Source of the DNA: Anaerolineales bacterium
GTDB taxonomy: Bacteria > Chloroflexota > Anaerolineae > Anaerolineales > UBA6663
Assembly: GCA_034434015.1 (NCBI GenBank)
Contig: DAOUAB010000059.1
Location: forward strand, 26,971-90,970
DNA: 64,000 bases
Direction of reading: 5' to 3'
In this document: in pieces, positions 36,349 through 46,901 of the stretch
Layout of the letters: each line of letters begins with the position of its first letter
Position numbering within the stretch: position 1 is the first letter of the stretch
Made by a program: the position numbers and the translations under genes
Notes under the pieces: model-generated
Told to the model about the DNA's origin: nothing
Seen by the model: only the letters and a program-made list of their open reading frames with translations
Database searches by the model: none

Positions 36349-37470
36349 TCATCCCCCCAGCACCTCGCGCAACCGGTCGAGCAGGCCGTGTTCCAGGGGT
36401 TGAGCCTCGCCGCCGAGGGTCTTCTTTAATTCTTCGACCAGCTTTCGCTGTTCGCGGCTCAGGTTGCCGGGCGTGGCGACGTTGACGATGACGTACAGGT
36501 CGCCCTTGCCGCTGCGCTGCAGGCGCGGAACGCCCTTGCCGCGCAACTGGAAGATGGTGCCGGATTGCGTGCCCGCCGGGACCTTGAGTTTTTCGGGGCC
36601 GTAGGGGGTCTGGACGACGACGTCGCCGCCCAGGGCGGCCAGGGCCATGTTGACGCTCACTTCCAGGTACAGGTCATCGTCGCGGCGCCGGAAATAGCGG
36701 TGAGCGGCGACGTTGATGACGACGTACAGGTTGCCGTTCGGGCCGCCGTTGAGCCCCGGCTCGCCCTCGTTGCTCAGGCGGATCTGCGTGCCGGTGTTGA
36801 CGCCCGGCGGCACGTTGATGGTCAGGCGGCGCGTGCGGCGCACCTGGGTCCGGCCGCCGCACGTCCGGCAGGGGGTGTTGATGACCTCGCCGGTGCCGCG
36901 GCAGGCCGGGCAGGTCGTGACGTTGACCATCGCGCCCAGCAGGGTCTGGCGCACCTGGCGCACTTCGCCGCTGCCTTTACAGGTGGCGCAGCGCACGGGC
37001 GAGGTGCCCGGCTCGGCGCCGGTGCCGCGGCAGGTCTCGCAGGTCTCGTTCTTGGTGACCTCGATCTCCTTTTCGACCCCGGCGATGGAGTCTTCGAATG
37101 AGATCGACAGGTCGTAACGCAGGTCGGCGCCCCGGCGCGGCGCGCGGCGCGCGGCGCGGCCGCCCGCGCCGCCGAAGCCGCCGAAGAAAGTCTCGAACAG
37201 GTCGTCGAAGCCGGTGAAGTCCGCCGGCGCGGCCCCGAAACCGGCGTTGACGCCGGCATGGCCGAAGCGGTCATAGGCGGCGCGTTTCTCGGCGTCCGAG
37301 AGCACGGCGTACGCCTCGTTGATCTCCTTGAAGCGCTCGTCGGCGCCCGCGTCCTTGTTGACGTCCGGGTGGTATTGCTTGGCGAGCTTGCGGTAGGCGG
37401 ACTTCAGCTCGTCCGCGCTCGCGTTGCGCTGGACGCCGAGCGTCTCGTAGTAATCGCGCTTGTCGGCCAT
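36349..37470 (-). CDS. dnaJ: Chaperone DnaJ
   Basis: [13 protein letters not shown] region, four CxxCxGxG repeats. Confidence 0.97.
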   Translation of the reverse strand: MADKRDYYETLGVQRNASADELKSAYRKLAKQYHPDVNKDAGADERFKEINEAYAVLSDAEKRAAYDRFGHAGVNAGFGAAPADFTGFDDLFETFFGGFGGAGGRAARRAPRRGADLRYDLSISFEDSIAGVEKEIEVTKNETCETCRGTGAEPGTSPVRCATCKGSGEVRQVRQTLLGAMVNVTTCPACRGTGEVINTPCRTCGGRTQVRRTRRLTINVPPGVNTGTQIRLSNEGEPGLNGGPNGNLYVVINVAAHRYFRRRDDDLYLEVSVNMALAALGGDVVVQTPYGPEKLKVPAGTQSGTIFQLRGKGVPRLQRSGKGDLYVIVNVATPGNLSREQRKLVEELKKTLGGEAQPLEHGLLDRLREVLGG

Positions 37471-37543
37471 AAAGGGGGCGGAGGGCCGCTGGCGGATGGC
37501 GGCTGGCGTGTTTGCTCCGCCAGCCGCCAGCCGCTACCGGCTA

Positions 37544-39496
<1,953 letters not shown>

Positions 39497-39536
39497 TCAA
39501 TTGTCAAGGGGGTATTGTGCCTTGAGGATGGCGAAT

Positions 39537-40100
39537 TCATTTCGCGACCTTGACCAGCGCCGGCCGGATGACGCGGTCGCCGAGCTTGTAGCCGTGCCGC
39601 AGGACTTCGACGACGTGGCCGGACGGATGCGTCTCGCTGTCCTCGTGCACCACGGCTTCGTGCAGGTTCGGGTCGAAAGGCTTGCCGTCGGCGTCGATGC
39701 GGGTCACGCCCTCGGCGTCCAGCAGGTTCTGGAATTTTCGGTAGATCAGGGCCACGCCCTCGGCCCATTTGGCCAGCGCCTCGGCGCCGTCGCCCTCGGT
39801 CGGTTTGCCGCGCAGGGCGCGGTCGAAATCGTCCACCACGTCCAGATAACGGCTGATGACGCGGCTGGTCGCGTTCGCGTACATGTCCGCCTGCTCGCGC
39901 TCCACGCGTTTCTTATAGTTGGCGAACTCGGCGCGCGCCCGCTGCCAGCCATCCAGGTATTCGGCGGCCTTGGCCTGAGCGGCCTCCAGCTCGCGCTGAG
40001 CGGCCTCGGGTTCGCGCGGGGCGGCCTCCGGGGCGGCCTCCGGCCTGTCCGCGGCCGGCTCAGCCGGCGTCTCGGGGGCGATGATTTTCTCGTCGTCCAT
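39537..40100 (-). CDS. grpE: Nucleotide exchange factor GrpE
   Basis: RARAEFANYKKR, FDPNLHEAV, GYKLGDRVIRPALVKV. Confidence 0.95.
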   Translation of the reverse strand: MDDEKIIAPETPAEPAADRPEAAPEAAPREPEAAQRELEAAQAKAAEYLDGWQRARAEFANYKKRVEREQADMYANATSRVISRYLDVVDDFDRALRGKPTEGDGAEALAKWAEGVALIYRKFQNLLDAEGVTRIDADGKPFDPNLHEAVVHEDSETHPSGHVVEVLRHGYKLGDRVIRPALVKVAK

Positions 40101-40214
40101 CCTCACTTCCCTTGTTCAACGGATTTCACGGATGGGACGGCGCAGGCCGGCTCCATCCGTGAAACTGGTCGGCGACCCGGTCCCGGCTTTCGCCGGGAGG
40201 AACACCCGCCGGGC

Positions 40215-41246
40215 CTACTCGAAATAGATTTCGTAAATCAGCTCGCTCATCAGCCCGGCCACGAACCGGACGGTGGAGATGGCGCGGCTGTAGGCCATCC
40301 GCTGCGGCCCGAGCACGCCGAGCGCGCCGGTGGCGTAGCCCGGCACGCCGTAACGCGCCAGCACCATCGAGCACTCCTTCAACTCCTGCCAGGCGTTCTC
40401 GCCGCCGATCACCACCTGCACGCCGCCGATGGTGGGCGAGACGGCCTTGGACAGAAACTCCTCCAGGAAGGTGCGCTCCTCCAGCACCCGCAGCGCCTGG
40501 CGCGCGGACTCGGACGACTCGAACTCGGGTTCGGCCAGCACGTTGGCCACGCCGTCCCGGAAGACGTCCCAGGCCGCAAACGACTCGCTCTTGCGCATCA
40601 TGGCGACGACCAGCCCGAGCACCTCCTGCTCCAGGGTGGGCAGGCTGCTCAGGTGCGCGGCAATGCTGTCGGCGTCCAGCCCGGCGCCCAGGGCGTTGAG
40701 ACGGGCCGCGGCGGCGCTCAGCGCCGCTTGTGGCACCGGCTCGGCCAGGGTCAACATCTGCTGGCGGACCTCGCCGCCGTTGAGCACCAGCACCAGCAGG
40801 ACCAGACGGCCCTGGGTGGAGATCAGCTCCAGGTGCTTGAAACGGGCCTGTTCCTGGCGCGGCGCCGTGACCAGGCTGGCGCCGCGGCCATGCTGCGCCA
40901 GCACGGACGCCGCCAGCCGCATCCACTGATCCATCTCGCCGCGCGCCTGATAGAACTGGTGGCTGATGGTGCGCTGCTCCGCCACGGGCAGCTCGCTCTC
41001 CCCGATCAGACGCTGCACAAAGAGCCGGAAGCCCGCCTCGGTCGGCTCGCGCCCGGCCGAGGTGTGCGGCTGGCGCAGGTAGCCCAGCTCGGTCAGCACC
41101 GCCAGTTCGTTCCGCACCGTTGCCGAACTGATGCCGAGGTTGTACTTCTCCACCAGCGCCTTGGAGCTGACCGGCATCGCCGAATCGGTATACTCCCGGA
41201 TCACCAGGCTGAGCAACATCTGCTGGCGCTCGGTCAGGGGTTCCAT
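40215..41246 (-). CDS. hrcA: Heat-inducible transcription repressor HrcA
   Basis: LTERQQ-LL, PVSSKAL, SSATVRNEL, PHTSAGR-PT, LGVLGPQRMAY. Confidence 0.96.
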   Translation of the reverse strand: MEPLTERQQMLLSLVIREYTDSAMPVSSKALVEKYNLGISSATVRNELAVLTELGYLRQPHTSAGREPTEAGFRLFVQRLIGESELPVAEQRTISHQFYQARGEMDQWMRLAASVLAQHGRGASLVTAPRQEQARFKHLELISTQGRLVLLVLVLNGGEVRQQMLTLAEPVPQAALSAAAARLNALGAGLDADSIAAHLSSLPTLEQEVLGLVVAMMRKSESFAAWDVFRDGVANVLAEPEFESSESARQALRVLEERTFLEEFLSKAVSPTIGGVQVVIGGENAWQELKECSMVLARYGVPGYATGALGVLGPQRMAYSRAISTVRFVAGLMSELIYEIYFE

Positions 41247-41259
41247 ACGTTTACCTCGA

Positions 41260-41286
41260 TTAGCACTCTCGCGTGGAGAGTGCTAA
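41260..41286. promoter_or_regulatory. CIRCE element
   Basis: Perfect TTAGCACTC-N9-GAGTGCTAA upstream of hrcA. Confidence 0.97.
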
Positions 41287-41299
41287 CTGGTCGAGAAAG

Positions 41300-41329
41300 A
41301 TTATACTCCTCCTGAAAGCGGGGTGTCAA
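41300..41329 (-). promoter_or_regulatory. Sigma70 promoter of the hrcA operon
   Basis: TTGACA-N18-TATAAT on the minus strand. Confidence 0.8.
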
Positions 41330-41435
41330 TAATGCAGATAAAAACGATGGTAAATCCAGCCGGCCATTAACTTTTATCGCTCTCCGGCTATAATTCGGGA
41401 TGCGTTCCGGGCGACGGCCCTCTCAGGAGTCCTGT

Positions 41436-42344
41436 ATGCGCCTTATCACACGAGCCGATTGGGACGGTCTGGTCTGCGCGGTCCTGCTTTCGACCGTGGA
41501 GCATATCGAGGCGATCCAGTTCGCCTATCCCAAGGATATCCAGGACGGCAAGGTGATCGTGCCGGACAACTCGGCCATCGCCAACCTGCCCTACCATCCC
41601 AACTGCGTGCTGTGGTTTGACCATCACGCCTCGGAGGAGGAGCTCGGCGCGCCGATGGCGGCCTTCACCGGCATCAAGGGCAAGTTCGGGATGTCGCCCA
41701 GCGCGGCGCGCCTGATCTACGACTACTACGGCGGCGATGCCGTCTTCGGCAAATACAAGGAACTGGTGGAGGCCACCGACCGGGTGGACAGCGCCCAGCT
41801 GACGATGGACGACGTCGTCCGGCCGTCCGGCTACGTCCTGCTGGCCTACACGGTGGACCCGCGCAGCGGCCTGAAGGACCTGGAGCTGCAGATGTACTTC
41901 ATCATGCTCATCGACTGGCTCAAGAGCAAGCCGATCGACGAGATCCTGCAAATCCCGGAAGTGAAGCTGATGACCGAGCGCCTGCTGGCCGAGGACCAGA
42001 ACTTCCGCGAGGCCCTGCTGCAGCACTCGCGGCTGGACGGCAACGTGGTCATCACCGACTTCCGCGGCCTGCCGGCGGTGCCGCCCGGCAACCGCTTCAC
42101 CATCTACACGCTCTTCCCGCAGGCGAACGTCTCGGCGCGCCTGTACGACGGCAAGGACGGCAGCATCAGCACCATCGCCCTGGGCCACAGCATCTTCAAC
42201 CGGACCTGCCAGACGAATGTCGGCAAGCTGCTGGCCGAGTACGGCGGCGGCGGCCACAAGGGCGCCGGCACGGCCCAGTTCCCCAAGGCCGAGGCCGAGG
42301 CCAAATTCCAGGAGATCATCGCCCGCCTCAAAGAGGCCGGATAG
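41436..42344 (+). CDS. DHH-family phosphoesterase (exopolyphosphatase-like/NrnA-like)
   Basis: MRLITRADWDGLVC, WFDHH, GGGGHKGAG. Confidence 0.85.
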   Translation: MRLITRADWDGLVCAVLLSTVEHIEAIQFAYPKDIQDGKVIVPDNSAIANLPYHPNCVLWFDHHASEEELGAPMAAFTGIKGKFGMSPSAARLIYDYYGGDAVFGKYKELVEATDRVDSAQLTMDDVVRPSGYVLLAYTVDPRSGLKDLELQMYFIMLIDWLKSKPIDEILQIPEVKLMTERLLAEDQNFREALLQHSRLDGNVVITDFRGLPAVPPGNRFTIYTLFPQANVSARLYDGKDGSISTIALGHSIFNRTCQTNVGKLLAEYGGGGHKGAGTAQFPKAEAEAKFQEIIARLKEAG

Positions 42345-42437
42345 CCGCATCTGCGAAAACCCCGCGAGGCGGCAGCTGGCAGGCGGCGGTTGGCCGAGCT
42401 GCCGGCTGCCGCCTGCCGGTTGCCGATTAAGAGGACC

Positions 42438-43523
42438 ATGCTGGATAAACTGGCGGCCATCGCGGCCCGCTACGAGGAACTGAATCAATTGATGGCCGCC
42501 GGCGCCAACGGCGACTACGCCCGGATCGCCGAGTACGCCAAGGAGCGCGCGGGCCTCGAGGAGGTCGTCGGCGCCTTCCGCGAGTACCAGGCGCTGCTCA
42601 AGGACCTGGAGGGCGCGCGCGAACTTCTGGCGGACCCGGCCATGGCCGACATGGCCGCCGAGGAGGTCCGCCAACTGGAGGCCCGCCGCGGCCCGCTGGA
42701 GGAGCGCCTCAAGCGCCTGCTCGTGCCCAAAGACCCGCGCGATGACAAGAACGTGATCGTCGAGATTCGGGCCGGGGCGGGCGGCGACGAGGCCGGCATC
42801 TTCGCCGCCGACCTGTTCCGGATGTACCTGCGTTACGCCGAGGCGCGCGGCTGGAAGACCGAGATCCTCTCGGCCAACGCCACCGGCGTCGGCGGCTACA
42901 AGGAAGTCATCTTCGAGGTCCGGGGCAAGGGCGCCTACTCCCGGCTGAAGTTCGAGTCCGGCGTGCACCGCGTCCAGCGCGTGCCGGCCACCGAGTCCGC
43001 CGGCCGTATCCACACCTCCACCGCCACCGTCGCCGTGCTGGCCGAGATGGACGAGGTCGAGATCAGCGTGCCGGAGCGCGATATCAAGATCGACACCTAC
43101 CGGGCCTCCAGCGCCGGCGGCCAGAACGTGCAGAAGAACGCCACCGCCATCCGCATCACGCACCTGCCCAGCGGCCTGGTGGTGACCTGCGAGGACGAGC
43201 GCTCGCTCACCCAGAACCGCCAGCGCGCCATGAGCATCCTGCGCGCGCGCCTGTACGAGCAGGAGGTCGCCAAGCGCCAGAAGGCCGAGGCGGCCGAGCG
43301 CAAATCGCAGGTGGGCACCGGCGAGCGCTCGGAGAAGATCCGCACCTACAACTTCCCCCAGTCGCGCGTCACCGATCACCGCATCGGGCTCTCCATCTAC
43401 AACCTGGCGGCGGTGCTGGACGGCGACCTCGACCAGTTCATCGACGAGTTGTCCGCCCGCGAGGAGGCCGCCCGGCTGAGCGGCGAGGCGCTCCCGGCGG
43501 CAGCGGGCGAGGATGACGAGTGA
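42438..43523 (+). CDS. prfA: Peptide chain release factor 1
   Basis: GVHRVQRVPAT (RF1 PxT), GGQ, SEKIRTYNFPQ. Confidence 0.96.
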   Translation: MLDKLAAIAARYEELNQLMAAGANGDYARIAEYAKERAGLEEVVGAFREYQALLKDLEGARELLADPAMADMAAEEVRQLEARRGPLEERLKRLLVPKDPRDDKNVIVEIRAGAGGDEAGIFAADLFRMYLRYAEARGWKTEILSANATGVGGYKEVIFEVRGKGAYSRLKFESGVHRVQRVPATESAGRIHTSTATVAVLAEMDEVEISVPERDIKIDTYRASSAGGQNVQKNATAIRITHLPSGLVVTCEDERSLTQNRQRAMSILRARLYEQEVAKRQKAEAAERKSQVGTGERSEKIRTYNFPQSRVTDHRIGLSIYNLAAVLDGDLDQFIDELSAREEAARLSGEALPAAAGEDDE

Positions 43524-44421
43524 GCCGGGCGCCGTCAGCCGTCAGCAGAAAGCAGGGGCCGATGACCGGCCGACTGCCGACCGCCTCCTGCTTTCTGCCG
43601 TCCGGACCCTGGCGGCCGCCGGCGCCGACTCCCCCCGCCTCACCGCCGAAGCCCTGCTGGCCGGCGTCCTCGGCCTGAGCCGCGCGCAGCTGCTGGCCCG
43701 CCCGGAACAGACGCTGCCCGCCGGGGCCCAGGCCCGCTTCGCGGACCTGGTCGCCCGCGCCGCGCAGGGCGAGCCGCTCGCCTACCTCACCGGCCGCCGC
43801 GAGTTCCATGGCCTGGAGTTCATCGTCGACCGGCGGGTGCTCATCCCGCGGCCGGAGACGGAACTGCTGGTGGACGAGGCGTTGAAGTTCCTCGCCTCGA
43901 CGGAACGCGCCGAGGCGAAAGTGCTCGACGTCGGCACCGGGTCCGGGTGCATCGCCGTGACGCTGGCCGTCCGGCGCCCGCGGGCCGCCGTCACGGCGCT
44001 GGATATTGCCGAGGACGCGCTGGACGTCGCCCGCCTCAACGCCGAACGGCACGGCGTCGCCGGCCGCGTGGCCTTCTTCCGCTCCGATCTGCTGGAGGGC
44101 CTGCGCCTCCTGCGCCCCGGCTTCGACCTGGTCTGCGCCAACCTGCCCTACATCCCCACCGCGGCCCTGGCGGGCCTGCCGGTCGCGCGCTTCGAGCCGG
44201 TCCGGGCGCTGGACGGCGGGCCGGACGGCCTGTTGTGGGTCCGGCGTCTGCTGGTCGATCTGCCGCGCGCGCTGCGGCCGGGCGGGGCCGCGCTCCTGGA
44301 GATCGAAGACACGCGCGGCGCCGACGCCCTGGCGCTGGCCCGCGCCGCGTTCCCCGAGGCGCGCGTCGAGCTGCAGCAGGACCTGGCCGGACTGGATCGC
44401 ATCGTGGAGATTTTTACCTGA
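43513..44421 (+). CDS. prmC: Release factor glutamine methyltransferase
   Basis: GEPLAYL-G, VLIPRPETE, LDVGTGSGCIA, NLPY, LDGGPDGL. Confidence 0.95.
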   Translation: MTSEPGAVSRQQKAGADDRPTADRLLLSAVRTLAAAGADSPRLTAEALLAGVLGLSRAQLLARPEQTLPAGAQARFADLVARAAQGEPLAYLTGRREFHGLEFIVDRRVLIPRPETELLVDEALKFLASTERAEAKVLDVGTGSGCIAVTLAVRRPRAAVTALDIAEDALDVARLNAERHGVAGRVAFFRSDLLEGLRLLRPGFDLVCANLPYIPTAALAGLPVARFEPVRALDGGPDGLLWVRRLLVDLPRALRPGGAALLEIEDTRGADALALARAAFPEARVELQQDLAGLDRIVEIFT

Positions 44422-44423
44422 AC

Positions 44424-45236
44424 ATGATCCGACTCATCGCCTGCGACATTGACGGCACGCTCGTCGGCCGCGATCTGCAGCTCTCGCCACGCGTCAGGCA
44501 CACCATCGCCCGGGCGCTGGAGCGCGGCCTGCTGGTCACGCTGGCCACCGGGCGCGGCCCGTCGCCCACCGATTACTTCGCCGAGCAGCTCGGCCTGACC
44601 GCGCCGCTGGTCTGCCTGCAGGGCGGCGTGATCTACGACTACCGGCTGGGCCGGGCGCTGCACGAGACGCGCCTCCCGCCGGCCGTCATCCCCTGGATCG
44701 TGGGCCACGCCCGCGCGCGCGGCTGGCACCTGCATTTCGAGACCACCAACCTGGTCTATATGCCCTACGGCGTGGAGACGCCCGACGAGCTGGCGGCGCT
44801 GTTCCGCGTGGCGAACCTGACGCGCGTGAAGGATTTCCTGACCGGGATGCCCGAGCCGCCCCACAAATTCATCGTCTCCGTCCACCACCCCGCGGAGCGC
44901 GATGGCGTGCAGCGCGAACTGGACGCGCTGGTCCAGGCGGCGGGCCTGCCGCTCGACGTGTTCCCCTCGCACCCGGTCCTGCTGGAAGGCCTGCCGGCCG
45001 GGATCAACAAGGCGACCGGCCTGGCCTGGCTCGCCCGGCATCTGGGGGTCGAGCGCGACCAGGTGCTGGCCATCGGCGACAACGACAATGATATCCCGAT
45101 GCTCCGATGGGCGGGCGTCGGCGTGGCGATGGCGGGCGGCTCGCCCGGCGCGCTGGCCGCCGCCGATTGGGTGGCGCCGGGCGTGGACGCCGACGGCGCC
45201 GCCGTCGCCATCGAAAAATACGCCCTGAATCCGTAG
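44424..45236 (+). CDS. Cof-type HAD-IIB hydrolase
   Basis: ACDIDGTL, LATGR, KATGL, AIGDNDND. Confidence 0.9.
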   Translation: MIRLIACDIDGTLVGRDLQLSPRVRHTIARALERGLLVTLATGRGPSPTDYFAEQLGLTAPLVCLQGGVIYDYRLGRALHETRLPPAVIPWIVGHARARGWHLHFETTNLVYMPYGVETPDELAALFRVANLTRVKDFLTGMPEPPHKFIVSVHHPAERDGVQRELDALVQAAGLPLDVFPSHPVLLEGLPAGINKATGLAWLARHLGVERDQVLAIGDNDNDIPMLRWAGVGVAMAGGSPGALAAADWVAPGVDADGAAVAIEKYALNP

Positions 45237-45247
45237 AAAATCTGTGC

Positions 45248-45276
45248 TTGACCGGCGCGAACATCCGGTCTACAAT
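45248..45276 (+). promoter_or_regulatory. lexA promoter with a candidate SOS box between -35 and -10
   Basis: TTGACC-N17-TACAAT; GAAC-atcc-GGTC at 45259-45270 (one mismatch to GAAC-N4-GTTC). Confidence 0.7.
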
Positions 45277-45335
45277 AAAGGCCAGAATCGCTCATTTGTG
45301 CGGGCCGCCCGGCGGGACCGCGGATGGAGGCGCTT

Positions 45336-45986
45336 ATGGCCAAAGGCAAGCTTTCCCCACGACAGCAGGACATCCTGAAATTCATCGGCCGGTTCACGCA
45401 GGAGCGCGGCTACCCGCCCACCATCCGCGAGATCGGCGAAGCCGTCGGCATCTCATCCACCTCGGTCGTCAACTACAACCTCAACAAGCTGGAGAAGGAG
45501 CACCACATCGTGCGCGACCTGAAAGTCTCGCGCGGCGTGCGACTGTCGGAAACGGCGCACCGGCCCTCGCTGAGCGAAGTGCTGTCCGTGCCGCTGGCCG
45601 GCTTCATCTTCGCCAGCCAGCCCGTGATGGTGGGCGACACCGCGCAGACCGCCGCCGATGAGACGCTGGAGCTGACGCGCGGCATGGTGAATGAGACCGG
45701 CGACCTGTACGCCCTGCGCGTCAAGGGCGACTCGATGATCGACGCCATGGTGAGCGATGGCGACATCGTGGTGATGAAGAAGACCGACCAGGCCCGCAAC
45801 GGCGAGATGGTGGCGGTCTGGCTGCCCGACCGGAACGAGACCACGCTCAAGTACTTCTATCAGGAGAACGGCCGCATCCGGCTGCAGCCCGCCAACCCCA
45901 CCATGCAGCCGATCTATATCGATAACCCCAGCCGGGTCCAGGTGCAGGGCAAGGTTGTCCTGGTGATGCGCCAGTTAGACCGGTGA
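45336..45986 (+). CDS. lexA: SOS repressor LexA
   Basis: GYPPTIREIG, SSTSVV-Y-L, VKGDSMID, RNGEMV, TLKYF. Confidence 0.95.
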   Translation: MAKGKLSPRQQDILKFIGRFTQERGYPPTIREIGEAVGISSTSVVNYNLNKLEKEHHIVRDLKVSRGVRLSETAHRPSLSEVLSVPLAGFIFASQPVMVGDTAQTAADETLELTRGMVNETGDLYALRVKGDSMIDAMVSDGDIVVMKKTDQARNGEMVAVWLPDRNETTLKYFYQENGRIRLQPANPTMQPIYIDNPSRVQVQGKVVLVMRQLDR

Positions 45987-46007
45987 ACCCATGGTTCACG
46001 ACGTCAT

Positions 46008-46038
46008 GGGCCGGGCCGGCAAGCCCGGCCTTTTTGTT
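46008..46038 (+). terminator. lexA terminator
   Basis: ggccgggc-cggcaa-gcccggcc + tttttgttt. Confidence 0.7.
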
Positions 46039-46088
46039 TGTCGCGTATGGTAGGATGGCGGCAGTTTTGAGAGGGAGAAACAAGCGGA

Positions 46089-46901
46089 GTGTCACAACCC
46101 AAGCTGATCCTACTGACCAACGACGACGGCATCGGCTCGCCCGGCCTGTGGGCGGCGGCCGGCGCGCTTGAGCCGCTCGGCCAGGTGGTCGTCGCCGCGC
46201 CGAAGAACCAGTGCACGAGCGTCGGCCGCAGCATGCCGCCCGGGTTCTCGGGCCGGATCGAGACCCTGACGATGACCGTGAACGGCCGGCCGCACACGGC
46301 CTATGCCGTGGACGGCACGCCGGCGCTGGCCGTGCAGCATGCCCTGCTGGAGCTCCTGCCGCGCGCGCCCGACCTGGTGGTGGCCGGCATCAACTATGGC
46401 GTCAACATCGGCAGCGGCGTGACCATCTCCGGCACCATCGGCGCGGCGCTGGAGGCGGCCAGCTGGGGCCTCCCGGCGCTGGCGGTGTCTCAGGACACCG
46501 ATCCCCGCCATCACTACAGCCACTCGGACGAGGTGGACTTTTCAGGCGCCGCGCACTTCACCGGGTATTTCGCCGAGCGCCTGCTCGCCCTGCGCCTGCC
46601 GCCGGACGTGGACATCCTGAAGGTCGACGTCCCGCTGGGCGCCACGCCGCAGACCGCCTGGGCCATGACGCGCGTCTCGCGCACCCGTTTCTACTTCCCG
46701 GTCAAGGCGGCGCGCGCCGACCTGAGCCAGCCCGGCCCGCTCGGCTATCGCGTCCAGCTCGAGCCGGACCGCGTGGAAGCCGACTCCGATGTGCAGGCGG
46801 TCGCCCAGGGCTTGGTGGCCGTCTCGCCCCTCAGCCTGGACCTGACCTCGCGCGTTGATCTGGCCGGCCTGGCGCGCCTGGTGGGCGCGCCCCGGAGCTA
46901 G
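46089..46901 (+). CDS. surE: 5'/3'-nucleotidase SurE
   Basis: ILLTNDDGI, VDGTPA, GINYGVNIG, SGTIGAA. Confidence 0.93.
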   Translation: MSQPKLILLTNDDGIGSPGLWAAAGALEPLGQVVVAAPKNQCTSVGRSMPPGFSGRIETLTMTVNGRPHTAYAVDGTPALAVQHALLELLPRAPDLVVAGINYGVNIGSGVTISGTIGAALEAASWGLPALAVSQDTDPRHHYSHSDEVDFSGAAHFTGYFAERLLALRLPPDVDILKVDVPLGATPQTAWAMTRVSRTRFYFPVKAARADLSQPGPLGYRVQLEPDRVEADSDVQAVAQGLVAVSPLSLDLTSRVDLAGLARLVGAPRS

